From NCBI GenBank assembly GCA_051294375.1, contig CM119268.1, positions 3,750,579 through 3,814,578 of the forward strand: 64,000 bases of DNA, given 5' to 3'. Positions 26,901 through 38,900 of the stretch are shown here, piece after piece. The DNA comes from Paraspadella gotoi (Eukaryota; Animalia; Chaetognatha). Positions within the stretch are counted from its first letter, which is position 1. The number at the start of each line of letters is the position of its first letter. The position numbers and the translations under genes are program-made. The notes beneath the pieces are model-generated. The model saw only the letters and a list, made by a program, of their open reading frames with translations, made no database searches and was not told the origin of the DNA.

Positions 26901-27100
26901 AATAATAATCCCTGTAAAAATCACTATTAAGAGATCCGTTGTTGAGGTGGAGTGGCTGGATTTGGATATCCACTCGTCTTACCCTGATTCCTTGAAGTCG
27001 GCCATTCTGCGCATGTTGAACCCGAATCCATCAAAGAGGCGATTCTGAAAAATTGATGTTTTGAAACGACTTAAAGTCTTAAGCCTCGTCGCCTATTCTA
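20977..27100 (+). CDS. NEK/NIMA-like Ser/Thr protein kinase; exons ~20977-21360, 23530-23703 (duplicate ~24610-24779), 26555-26641, ~26932-27100; frame broken by probable sequencing errors
   Basis: Exon 1 is an error-laden copy of ORF 29125-29499 ending ..VMHR|GT; exon 2 reconstructs as DLKPENIL..WKLTDFGISK..AATCIGTPYYMAPEVIKG; exon 3 DVFSLG; exon 4 YPDSLKSAILRMLNPNPSKR; GT-AG boundaries. Confidence 0.8.
22389..23064 (-). mobile_element. TRIM (non-autonomous LTR retrotransposon) with tRNA-derived sequence in its LTRs
   Basis: Direct repeats 22389-22641 and 22836-23064 with TG..CA ends (right end eroded); PBS-like segment 22817-22834; PPT 22642-22654 (GGGGAGGGGGGGA on minus); TSD CTAC at 22385-22388 and 23065-23068; empty site with a single CTAC at 24161-24164. 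Confidence 0.88.
22966..23031 (-). ncRNA. tRNA-Gly(CCC)-like Pol III cassette inside the TRIM LTR (second copy 22533-22603); tRNA-derived, not a functional tRNA call
   Basis: Minus strand GGCCATTGGTGCCGGAGCAATCATTCGCCTCCCACCCAAAGGTCCGGCGGTTCTAGCCCGGTGGTC shares CATTGGTG, TCGCCTCCCAC, GGTTC and CCCGG with tRNA-Gly-CCC as I recall it; A-box-like and B-box-like (GGTTCTAGCCC) motifs. Confidence 0.7.
24959..26438. mobile_element. ~1.5-kb non-coding insertion, AGGAA..TTCCT ends, flanked by a ~20-bp direct repeat
   Basis: CAGTGTAAATAGTAAATGGTAT (24937-24958) recurs imperfectly at 26439-26457; the uninterrupted site is present in reverse complement at ~19591-19635. Confidence 0.6.
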
Positions 27101-28954
27101 AAAATGAGCATCTATTAATTTGAAATTAATTGAATGTATTTTGAATCAAATTGTTTTTCAATACAGGACTAACAAAATGATAGAAATATATAATTGAGTG
27201 ACAATCAATATACTATATATACATCAATATACATCATACAAGTGAAAAACCCTGGCGGCCGCCACTCTTCGAAAAGCAGTAGCACCTTTAGAAAGACGTA
27301 AGTGGCGAGCGATTCTCCCTACGCACTTTTGAACGAAACAACTAGGGTTTCCACCCCTGCTTAAGTTATTGATTTACAAAATATAAAAGAGTCTTAAACG
27401 CCCAACCCGACTATGGTATCGACACTGTGAAATATTATGAAATCTTAAATGATTATGGCTAAGATTAACCATTGTAATTTTATAGAATTTTAATTTAGTG
27501 ATAATTAATCTGCCTTTCTCTTAATTTTTATGCAATATAAAATTTTTATATTAAAAGCAAAAATAACGATTTCAAGCATTGTTGTTTTCTAAAAATACTT
27601 AACTTTAAATTCTTTTTAACAATTTCCATACAAACAAATAATACTAGAGAAATCAGATATAGTAAGGGGAAGATTGTTATGTCGTGTTTTCGTGTTTTTT
27701 TTGTTGTTTGTTTGCTTTGTGTTTTGTTTTTTTTTGGTTTTTTGTGTTTTTTTTTACACAAAAACAGAATCTCATTCGGTTCCACTGATTTGTGAGGTGG
27801 TCAACACTCTCTGATGGCAACGTTGAGGACGTCAGTTAAGCACGATATCCGCGGCACATTACACAGAAGGTTATGCAATCATGCTTCTCTTCTTTCTCTC
27901 TCTCCTCTCTCCTCTCCTCCGCTACCTTGCTCTGCTCTCTCTCTCTCTCTCATCTCTGCGTGCTCTGCACCAAACGAGGGTATTTCATTGCCTCTATAAC
28001 GAAATTGACCTTTCTTGTGGGAAGAGAATGATGGAGAGTGTGGACAATTTTGGGATTTACAAAGCTACAGATGCAATCTAATTTTTTTGGTTACGGTCGA
28101 TTTCAAAAGGCCCGCTTTATTCGATCGTGGAACACCCGGGAGACGAACCGCGTTGATTGAATTCCCTTCGTCTCCTCTCTCTCTCTCTCTCTCTTCCTCC
28201 GTCTCTCTCTTCGGTGCTATGTCTTTCTGATTACTCTCCTTGATTTACTCATGTCTATCTTTAACTCGTTCTCTCTCTCTTTGCATTTCTCATTTTGCTT
28301 ATCGTCTCAGGATCGCTCGATATTCTAGAGTAGTACGATATAATTTTGTCTGTAGTGTTNNNNNNNNNNNNNNNNNNNNNNNNNATGAAACTTAGATTTG
28401 TTTTATTTGCGATAATCTCGGATTTTCTCGGTCGCGTTAAGAAGCGCTTCAGTCCCGCAGTAACAGTTCAGTTTAAGCCCTTGAAAGCGATTTATATGTG
28501 CGCTGAAATCAATTTTAAATTGTTTCCTTTAGACCCTATTCTAAAAAAAAAACAGTTTTTTTAAGATAAAAGAATATTCATTTGATATTTTTAATAAATA
28601 TTTTTTTATTCGATTTTATTGTATGATTAATTAATATTTTTTCTTTTTTAATCAACATCCAATATTTAATTCAATTACCTTATAAATAAATATATTTTAT
28701 CATATTATTAAAATAATAAATGCTTTTAAAATGTTTTTAATCCTTAATGATGCAAGTTGAAAAAAATGAAGTAAGTTGAAAAAATGATACAAGTTTTAAA
28801 AAAACGATGCAAACAAAAAAAATATTATTTTGATTTATAAAATATTTTTTTAAGTACTAAAATATTATTAGTGCAACAGTAACATTTCAGTTTAAGCCCT
28901 TGAAAGCGATTTACATGTATTGGCGCAGCCACTCGTTTGCCTTTTTTACCACTT

Positions 28955-28993
<39 letters not shown>

Positions 28994-29128
28994 TTCTTTT
29001 TACCCCACTTCCTCTGACCACACTACATTTATATGCATAGAGAAATTAAACTCACAATAATAATTATTAAAATCGTGGCATAGAAGATTTTACTTAGTAG
29101 TTAGTACTATACATAACTACGAATTTAC

Positions 29129-29499
29129 CTGTGCATCACTCTCTTTCCATGAAGATACTTCAAAGCACGAGAAAGTTGGTCCAACACGTCCTGGCATCTC
29201 GCAGGGGACCCTCTGTTCTGACGCCATTTCGAGGGCGGATGTGAATACTTCTCCACAAAGTTGGTCATGGTGCCTTGATCAGCCCACTCCATGATCAGGT
29301 GAAGCTCACCTGACCCCCCCTCTGCTTCCACTAATGTCACGATATTCGGGTGATTCAGCTCGACGAGCAGCTTAAGCTCTGACTCTGCGGATTTGTCCCA
29401 GTCCAATACCTTCATGGCGAAGTCGGACGATCCTTTCCTCACTCGCCACACTTGGCCAAAGGCTCCTTCGCCAATGAATTCCTTTTTAACGTAGCTCAT
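29129..29499 (-). CDS. Intact exon 1 of the NEK-like kinase (inverted copy)
   Basis: ORF MSYVKKEFIGEGAFGQVWRV..AMK..ELKLLVELNHPNIV..LHLIMEWADQG..ALKYLHGKRVMHR followed by a GTAAAT donor; kinase subdomains I-VIb. Confidence 0.9.
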
Positions 29500-30562
29500 G
29501 GCGATTCAGGAAAACTTGGAATGTCTGAACAATTTTTTTTTCTGAAAGAAAATTTTACTTGTTTTATCGTTTGTAACTTGTAGTAAGTAAAAACTCAGGC
29601 AGAGAGGAATTAAACGTCAATTGAACGTATGTACTAAAGTTGAAAACAGAAGACAAAAGACGCATTCTGATCGCACTCAGTTTTAATTTTTGTTATTTAG
29701 TTAGATTAAAAATATAACATAAAATATAATATATACGAAGATTGTTTAAATTCTATAATGATTAGTAAATAAAAACAAAAGAGAAAAAGAGAAAGCGAAA
29801 ACATAAAAAACAGGACAAAAGTAGTTGAAAATCATTATGCTAATATTTTCGTTAATCATTGGACATTATTTGTAATAAATTAAATAATAACAAAACAATT
29901 TTACGATATTTTTTAAAAGATTTTATTCAGCCCCAGGCTTCATTAAGTGGTTTTAATTTTGTTAATATAAGTCTGTGGCAGAACGAAGAGAGAGAGAGCG
30001 AGACAACCGCTTTTCAAATTCAAGTAAATGTCAACTAAATGAAGAATCGGAAATACGAATGTTTTATAATGGCGAACCGCCGGCCCGCAATCGGACCGGT
30101 CCCGAAAGAAAACCTTCTTTCAATGATCTTTCTTTTCTTTCAATGGTGTCATAATTCTATTTTTGTAATTCTGAAAATCTTAACTGAACAGTAAGAAAAA
30201 GATTTGTAATTATAATCCATTTTAGAAAAAGCTATTTAGCTATTTCTGAAAAGTAAACAAAAAAGTTCAGGAGAATAAAGAGATTGTTATTATTTTTGTT
30301 GTTAACAATCGAAGCGAATAAAACATTTGCACATTATATTTTACAATAATTATTTGGAAATAGATGTGGTCCTAAAATTTACGTTGCTAACTTTGAAAAA
30401 ATAAATATAATTTATCTAATTAATGAATTAATTTTTCTATATTTTCTTTATTTATTTTGTTTCTCTCTTTCTTTTTTGGGTTTATCAGTTAGTTCTCGTG
30501 ATTATCTGCTGTTGCATTATTTCTCAGAAATGATGAAAGTGGTGAGATTTCCCTCTTATCTT

Positions 30563-31327
30563 AACAAGTTTGAGCAAACAATGTCGGATCTGCCCACGAT
30601 CATTATCGGTAATTAAATATTTAATAATTAATTAATTAATAATTAATTAATTCAAGTTAATTAATTAATTAGTCAATTAAATAATTAACTTGATCCGAAA
30701 TGTTTGTTTTGATTGATTAATTGACTGATTAATTAATAATTTATTAATTAATTGACTAATTTATTAATTAACTGATTAATTATTTGATTAATTTGTACAT
30801 CTTGCATTTACATTTAATATAAAAAGAAAAAGAAGCATAATCAATTAGTGAAACAGGTTTTTTGTCTTTTTCCATATAAACTCATTTCCACTCAAACGAT
30901 TCCATCGAAACTTGATTTCCAGCTTAATCACACACTTTCCTACCCACATACAAAATTTCAGGTCAATTGCCCTATCCACTCATGAGTAATTGGTGTTCAA
31001 ATAATGAAATATATTTTTTTGTTTTTTCCATTTAAACTCATTTCTACTCGGACGATTTCATCGACACTTCATATCCAGCTCAATCACACACTTCCCTAAC
31101 CACATACAAAATTTCATTCCAATCCATCCATCCAATCACGAGTTTTTTGTTAAGGTGGGACGGACGGACGGACGGACATCGTTTTTTTTTTTTTTGGCAT
31201 AATTTATCATAATTGGATGTTCTGACATGAAAAAAGTTAATGCCCGACAAGATTGAGGGGGCGGACCAATGGACCGACAAAGTGAATTATAGAGTCGGGA
31301 TCTGCTATAAGCAGATCCGACTAAAAA
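30563..31327 (-). mobile_element. Helentron-associated interspersed element (HINE/DINE-1-like)
   Basis: Subterminal IR GTCGGATCTGC (30583-30593) vs GCAGATCCGAC (31311-31321) with adjacent hairpin 31293-31322; (GGAC)n microsatellite; two ~155-bp internal repeats (~30877, ~31032); terminal stem-loop GTTTGAGCAAAC next to AACAAG; A/T-run ends. Confidence 0.75.
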
Positions 31328-31958
31328 CCCGTTCTGCGTAAACATTAATTGTTGCTCTTTTTCTCGGAAATGCGCGAATTTCTTACTGAGTTTATTTTTA
31401 AAAGAGGGAAATTCTTCGTCGTCTTCTTCTTCGTCGTTGTCGTCGTCGTCGTCATCGTTGCCTTTGTTGTCTCATTCATTATTTGATAATTTTCTAACAA
31501 ATTCTGACTGATTTTTAGGCTAATTAAATATGTCAGTAAATTCATACTTCAGACTACAGTGAAAGGAAATAAATTAACTTTACTTTGGGTTTTAAAGTTA
31601 TCTTGCTGGAAAGCTTCTTTTTTTATTTGATTCTAATTATTTAACTGACGAAAATATAACTATTTCTTTTATGTTTTGACTAACAAAAAACCTAAAATTC
31701 TAATTCTTTTATACAAGTTTTGTTTAAAAACTATATACATATAATTCGTTTTTATTTAAATTACCATACATTTTCTTTACATAACAATTTCTTCTCTCAT
31801 TTCTCGTCGTTATTGTTGTCATTGAATGTTGTTGTTGTTGTTGTTGTTCATCCCTTCTCTCTTCTATTGATTTTGTTTGTCTCTGTCTCTCCCTCTCTCT
31901 TCGCTCTCTCTCCCCCATTGCTCCCCCCTTTCTCTCCCGATCCTCCCTCGCCCCTCCC

Positions 31959-34200
31959 CTACTCCCTCTCCCTCTTCTCTAAAAATAAGACGTCCGGACG
32001 GCGCCTGAAGACGACGACGACGGCGCCCCGTACGTCCTCATAAGGAAAGCGCCAGGCGCCGCTGACTTTCTCCTTCTTTCCTTCGGCGTCGTCGTTCGTC
32101 GTCGTCATCGTCGTCGCCGACTCGTCCGTGGGCGACGTAAGCGGAGACGGACGCCAGCGACCAAGATCCGTGACGATGACGATGGATGCGCGGGAGGTGC
32201 AGCTGGTGATGCCTTTCCTGCGCTGCTGCTGCGGCTCGCCCTGCAGGAAGTCGTCGTGATCGGCTTCCGGATCGACGCGACGATATTCGCCGAATTCTCG
32301 CTCGCGACGTCGCTCCGTTCGCATCTCCCGATGCCACCAGCTTCGCTCCTTCAGCATCTGTTGCACTTCCTCGTTGGGTTTGAAGCTCCAGGCGAGGGAG
32401 TCGACGAGGTGCTTGCAGAAGGAGGAAGAGGAGGAGGAGGAGACGGAGGAGGAAGAGGAGGAGGAGGAGGACGAACGGGTGGAGACGAGTCGGCCGAGAA
32501 TCACGGAAATACCTGGAGAGAAAACAATCAATTTATCAATTTATCAAAAATAAATAAATAAATAAATATATAAATAAATAATCAATCATCAATAAATCAA
32601 TAAATCAATAAATCATAATAAATCAATCAATAAATAAATAAATAAATAAATCAAATAAATAATAAATAAATAAATAAATATATAAATAAATAAATAAATC
32701 AATCAATAAATCAATAATAATCAATAAATCAATAATAAATCAATAATAAATCAATAATCTGTCAATTAATCAATCATTACATCAATCAATGAATACATCA
32801 ATAATTCTAAGTGTGGGAGCATCAATCAATTAATCAATCTATAAAAATAATAAATAACAAATCAATAAAAAATAAATAAGTTAATAAATAAGTTTATAAA
32901 AAAGTCGAATGATAAACTGACCCCCGCCGATGACGATAACAAAGACCAAGAGGACGAGACCCAATCCGATCCACGGACCCCAATTTGGGTAAGTGAAGTC
33001 TTGGAGGTGAGTCATCTTTTTGGGTTGGAGATGAGGGCCAAGAGAAAGAGGCCGACCAGCAAGACTGGCATCATGCACCAAAGGGTTCGCCAATAGATGG
33101 AGATTCTGTGAAGAGAATGATGGAATTGATTGATTTAACTAATTGATTTATTGATCGTCATGATTTATTGATCTGGAAGATGCTGATATCAGATGAGGAT
33201 GATATTGTTATTGTTAGTGAGTTTATAATCCTCTTGGACAGGTGTAAACGTGTACAGCGGGTTGCATTGACAATAGTAGCGATGGTTGGAGAGTCTCGAC
33301 AATGGTTGATGACTGTGATTTAGTCACCATATAGATTGATCGATTAATTGATTAGATTGATCGCACAGTTAATTCACTGATTGAATGATTGATTGATTGA
33401 TTAACTGATTGATTTAATGATTTATTTAATGTTTAATTGTTGATTGATTACTTAGTGCCGATTTTAAACTCTACGAGATGAACGAAATTCTTGAGGCCAA
33501 AATGTAGACAACAGAGATTCCCTGAAGGGCGGCAGAAAAAGAAGAGGGAGGGCGCCTCCGTAGACGTCGAGAATGTCCAACAGGTAATAGCCAATCTGAA
33601 AAAAATCAATTAAATCAAGTAATGGCCAATCTGGAAAGAAAAGTTAAATAAAGTTAAAGTTTATTTATTATTTGAAATTGGTATAACCGATATAAAAACT
33701 ATCCATTTATATAACGACCTTGGACAGGCTTATGGTGGTTTAAAGCCTTCTTACGTGATAATAACATAGCAAGCTTTTTATCGCAAGCTTTCAATCGAGA
33801 CTCGCTCTCAGTCTCAATATTATATTATATTATTATATTTTATTGATAATATTGAGAAATCGCTCACCCTGAGAACCAACGGGAGTCCACAGAGAAAACT
33901 GATGCAACATAAAAGCATCCAAGTTAAAGTTTTGTGATTCTTTATTTTTGGATATCGATTCTGAAAGGTAACAGTATTTTAAACCCATGGGTTAAATATG
34001 AGTTTGAAGCTGAGTAAGAAAGAAAATAATATAATAATAATACTAATAATACTAATAATAATAATTACTAATAATAATAATAATAATATTAATAATTATA
34101 TTAATAATATTAATCATAATAATAATACCTAATGACTCAATTGGCAATGCGTGACCTAAACGAGCCAGAGACAGGGTCCTAAACTCCCTTGGCCAACAGG
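31959..34200 (-). CDS. 3' part of an SLC6 (sodium:neurotransmitter symporter family) transporter; exons ~34129-34200 (uncertain), 33868-33960, 33452-33595, 32922-33105, 31959-32512
   Basis: Exons read NRYPKIKNHKTLTWMLLCCISFLCGLPLVLR / IGYYLLDILDVYGGALPLLFL..GLKNFVHLVEFKIGTK / ISIYWRTLWCMMPVLL..FTYPNWGPWIGLGL, matching SLC6 TM9-TM12 patterns (GxYxxxLxDxY, YWRxxW, YPxW); GT-AG splice sites; a few single-base indels needed. Confidence 0.78.
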
Positions 34201-34212
34201 TGAGATCCCGCA

Positions 34213-34736
34213 CCAGCCACGATCACTGACTCAGTGGCGGACGCCACTCAAGAAGTTAACATATGGATTTCCAAGTTTCATATATAAGTTCTGTAGCATA
34301 ATACTTTGAAAACAAGTGAACACTATAATTATGTATGGTTATGTAGATCACTCTAGTGGTATCATTATTATTGGTTTCTATATTCCTGTTACCTTTCCAA
34401 AGTTCATTCCTTAACTCATTCACAAAGGATTCATCTCTACCATCGTTCATGTCTATTAACGTTTATGTTTAGTAATGTTGATTGATGTTTATTATTATTT
34501 GTTTATTGCCATTTAGCAATATTGCATATTTTTGTATTCTTGTTAATGCATATAGAATATCTATATGCTTTGATTATTTTATTAAGGTTCTGTTTTTATT
34601 GATGAACAAAATAAAGACTTTGTTCTTGAACAATTTTAATTATTCAAACTAAACAATCGCAGTCAGAGACGCTGACGCACGTGGCGAAATCGACGCCATC
34701 CATTTCCGTTCTGGCGTTTAGTGACCGTTCGCCACA
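34213..34736 (+). repeat. 5' LTR (lacks first ~24 bp)
   Basis: Aligns to the 3' LTR; both end GTGACCGTTCGCCACA. Confidence 0.9.
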
Positions 34737-34737
34737 T

Positions 34738-34751
34738 TGGTGAATCCCGAC
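34738..34751 (+). promoter_or_regulatory. Primer binding site, tRNA-Trp-like
   Basis: TGGTGAATCCCGAC 1 nt after the LTR; close to TGGTGACCCCGAC, the complement of the tRNA-Trp 3' end. Confidence 0.75.
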
Positions 34752-34845
34752 AAAGAAATCGACGCCTCTCCAACGTTTCTGAGGCGTCAGCCAACCTTCT
34801 GATTACAATTAGTCCGACTCTCAAGACGCACCAACTCGTTCGCCA

Positions 34846-35979
34846 ATGCCACTCAAACCAGAAGCCCCAATAACGCGTTCTCAGAGTCAATCAAACCGCC
34901 TCGCGGCGCCGCCTGCTCGACCACGACAGCTCACTCCATCGCCTTCCCACTGCGACGAAGAGATCGAGACGGTAGATCGCCCGGTCGGCCACATCTTCTC
35001 CTTCTCTCACAAGGACATCGACGCAGCCAAGAACGCGCAGTCAACCATGGCTGAAGCGCCGCCAACTCAAGGAGAGATGGAAGCATTACGCGCCGCGCTC
35101 GACGCCGCCATGGCGGCGACCAAGGCAGCCCAGGACGCGCTGGCTCGCAGCGAAAAGCCTAGAAAACCGGAACTACCTCCGTTCGATAAGGATAACATCG
35201 AAATTTGGATCCGACGCGTCGAGGCAGCATACGTCCGCGCCAAAGTCACTGCCGCCGCCGACAAATTTGCTTTTCTCGAATCAAAGATTGCGGTAGACGT
35301 TAACCCAAAGATTAATGCCTACTTGTACGGCGAGGCATCCGACGCTAACTGGACGGCCTTCCTCGCCTATTTGCGCGCCGAGTATGGCCTCTCAGCTCGC
35401 CGACAAGTGGAGAATCTGCTGGACAGCCGTATCAGCAGAGACGGGATGAAGCCCTCCCAGCATTTAGCCCGGTTGATCGACCGCACGACGACGGTCTCCA
35501 TCGACGACATCCGTAAGGAGCTGGTGATGCGAGGCCTCCCTCCAGAGATCCGCTCCAATCTCGTTGACCGTGCGGAAGATTTGACCGCCGCCCAATTAGC
35601 GGAGGCAGCGGACCGACACTTCGACGCCGAGGGGAAACCCCTCCACCCGAATGTCTCAACAATCAATGCCGCCGGCGCCAACGACGCCAGCGACGAGGAC
35701 AGCGAGGCAGAAACAGCCCACGGCGTCAACGCCATCCGGGGACATCGCGAAAAGCGTCGACCTTTCGTCCCTCGTGGTCATCCAAAGTTTGACGCCACCA
35801 ATCAGCGCCAACCGGAAGTGGGCGGGGCACAAAACCCAAAACTTGTACGCGTCTGCAAATTTCATCTGAAATATGGCGACGCCGCCTTCCGCTGCGAACG
35901 AGGCTGCGCCCGCGCCAACGAAAAACGCGGCGAAAACGAAGCAAAGACGGGAAACGCCATGGCGGGCCGGCGACGGTGA
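34846..35979 (+). CDS. gag: Gag polyprotein
   Basis: 377-aa ORF after the PBS; KPELPPFDKDNIEIWIRRVE capsid-like N-terminal region and C-terminal CKFHLKYGDAAFRCERGC motif typical of Mag-like Gypsy Gag. Confidence 0.9.
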   Translation: MPLKPEAPITRSQSQSNRLAAPPARPRQLTPSPSHCDEEIETVDRPVGHIFSFSHKDIDAAKNAQSTMAEAPPTQGEMEALRAALDAAMAATKAAQDALARSEKPRKPELPPFDKDNIEIWIRRVEAAYVRAKVTAAADKFAFLESKIAVDVNPKINAYLYGEASDANWTAFLAYLRAEYGLSARRQVENLLDSRISRDGMKPSQHLARLIDRTTTVSIDDIRKELVMRGLPPEIRSNLVDRAEDLTAAQLAEAADRHFDAEGKPLHPNVSTINAAGANDASDEDSEAETAHGVNAIRGHREKRRPFVPRGHPKFDATNQRQPEVGGAQNPKLVRVCKFHLKYGDAAFRCERGCARANEKRGENEAKTGNAMAGRRR

Positions 35980-35994
35980 ACGCCGTGCCCCGCC
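35949..35994 (+). promoter_or_regulatory. -1 ribosomal frameshift signal (G GGA AAC + GC-rich stem-loop)
   Basis: XXXYYYZ heptamer in the gag frame at 35949-35955; GGCGGG (35961-35966) pairs with CCCGCC (35989-35994); pol is in the -1 frame and open from this point. Confidence 0.8.
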
Positions 35995-38900
35995 AAACAG
36001 GAAATTCGCCCACAAAATCCTACCTCCTTCATGTCGTCGATGCGAGCGATGGGCGCGCTTGGTTGGTCGACGGCGGCGCCTTACTATCATTAACACCACC
36101 TACAACAGAACAGCGCGCCGCCGGCCCCCAAGGTCCGCAACTCCAGGCCGCCAACGGCAGTCCAATTGCCTGTTATGGCACGGTCCAGAAGCGGATAACC
36201 TTAGGTCCTCGCGTTTTTCCCTTCGAGATCTTGGTGGCTGACGTCACTCAAAATATCCTCGGCGCAGACTTTCTCGCTGAATTTTTTCTGGCGCCAAACC
36301 ACCGAGACGGCATTCTCCTCGACTTGAAGGACTATTCCACCATCGCCTGCGCTAAGTCAGTCGGTCACCCTCCCGCCCCGATCAACTTCGTCGGACAGAA
36401 GGATGACCGCTTTTATCAACTACTGGACAGCTTTCCCTCACTCTCCAAGCCAACTTTCGAAGTGAAGGAACCCAAGCATGGGGTCCGACATTTCATTCCG
36501 ACCCAAGGGCGCCCTTGCCAAGCCCGAGCACGACGCCTTTCACCGGAGAAGTTGGCCATCGCCAAGGCCGAGCTGGACCGCATGGTCGCCCTCGGCGTCG
36601 CCGTCCGTGCAAAGAGTTCGTGGTCTTCCCCACTTCATTGCGTTCCCAAGGCAGATGGCGGTTGGCGAGTGTGCGGTGATTATCGCCGCTTAAACGCACA
36701 AACAATCGATGATCGATATCCGGTCAAACTCCTGGCAGACTTTAACGCCCAGTTGGCGGGGAAGCGAATCTTTTCCAAGGTGGACTTGTTGAAGGGTTAC
36801 CACCAAATCCCTGTGGCCCCTGAAGACGTTCCAAAGACCGCTGTCATAACCCCCTTTGGCCTCTACGTTTTCCTACGAACGCCTTTCGGGTTGAAGAACG
36901 CGGGCCAGGATTTTCAGCGGCTCATGGACGAAATCCTAGGCGAATTCCCACGCGTGTATGTCTATCTCGACGACATATTGATCGCCAGCGAAACGCCAGA
37001 GCAGCACCTTGACGACCTCAAGGCCGTTTTCAGCGCCTTGGAGGAGAATGGTTTGGTCGTCAACAGGAAGAAGTGCATCCTTGGCCAGTCTTCCCTCGAG
37101 TTTCTCGGATACTTTGTCGACGAGAACGGCGTCCGACCCCTCCCTCAGCGCGTTGAAGCTTTGCGTCAAACAACGCCGCCCACAACAGTCAAAGAGCTGC
37201 AGCGTTTCCTGGGGATGATCAACTACTACCGCCGCTTCATCCCCAGGATCGCCCATCATGCAACGCCGCTCTACGATTCTCTGCAGGGCAAGCCCAAGCG
37301 CCTAAACTGGACACAGGCCTGCCAGAAGGGTTTCGACGCCGTCAAAGAAGCCCTGGCGAACTCCGTGCTGCTCCGTCACCCCAGAACCGGCGCCCAACTC
37401 TCCTTGACAACCGACGCTTCTGACCACGCCGTCGGCGCCGTCCTCGAGCAGCGCGGCGCCCAAGGTTGGGAGCCGCTCGCCTTCTTCTCGGCAAAGCTCT
37501 CAGATAGCCAGAGGAAATGGCCCCCTTTTGACAGGGAACTTTATGGCGCCTTCCGCGCCTGTCGACATTTCCGCCCATGGCTCGAAGGTCGAACCTTCAC
37601 ATTATATACCGACCACATGAGCTTGATCCATGCTCTCCACAAGAAGAGCGAGCCCCAGACAGCTCGGCACACCTTCCAGCTCTCCGTCATCTCGGAGTTT
37701 ACGACGGATATTCGCCATGTCGAAGGCAAGGCCAACGTCGTCGCGGACGCCTTGTCTCGACCCAACCCACCTCTGCCTCCAGTCGTGGCCTCCATCGACA
37801 AACCCGTTGACGCCGACAAAACGGAAGATCTTTCCTTAGTGGCCTCAGCGATCTCCCTACAAGGCATCGACCTCCAGGAGCTTGCGCGCCAACAGCCCCT
37901 TGATCGGGACTTCCGGAAGATCATGGAGGATGCACGTACGGGATTAAGATTTCGGCGAGTAAACATCGGCAACCAGGAGATTGTTGTCGACGTCTCAAAC
38001 GGCCCAGCGCGGCCCTTTGTCCCTGAAACCTGGCGCCGGCGAATTTTTGACGCCGTCCACGGCCTTGGTCACCCTGGAATCGCCCGTACGCGCGAAACCA
38101 TCGCGGAAAAATTTGTTTGGCCGACGATGCGCGCAGACGTTACCCGTTGGGCCCGCGATTGCATTCCGTGCCAACAAGCAAAAGTCTCACGCCACATCGT
38201 GCCGCAAATAGGAGAATTTGCGGTCCCGGCACGCAGATTCCAGCACATCCACGTCGACTTGGTAATGATGCCCGCCTCGAATGGCTACCCTTATCTACTC
38301 ACAGCAGTAGACCGCTTTACGCGGTGGCCGGCGGCCATCCCTATCAAAGATATCTCTGCGACAACAGTAGCCGATGCTTTCACCCATGGGTGGGTCGCCG
38401 CTTTCGGCATCCCGTCCGACATAACGACCGACCGAGGGTCCCAGTTCCTCTCAACGATCTGGCAACAACTCGCGAAATCATGGAACTGTAGACTTCACCA
38501 TACATCAGCCTATCATCCCGAGGCGAATGGATTAGTCGAGCGGTTCCATCGCCGCCTAAAAGAGTCGCTGATCGCTCTCGGCGCTGATGAGCCAGCCAAG
38601 TGGTACTGGCGCCTCCCTTCTACACTTCTATCCATTCGAACGACAATTAAACCGGACATCGGCGCGTCCCCAGCGCAACTCGTCTACGGCGACGGCCTTA
38701 CGATCCCTGGCGCCGTCCTCAATCCGTCCGTCGACGCCCAGGACGAAGCCGAAGCGCGACGCCGCCTTCGCGACAATCTCCGCCTTGAGGTCGAGCGACT
38801 GCAGCCGGCCCCTACGAGCAATCACCGCCAACCACGCGTCCATCTTCCGGACAGCCTCGTTACGGCGTCGTATGTTTTCGTCAGACGAGGCGGCGTCAAA

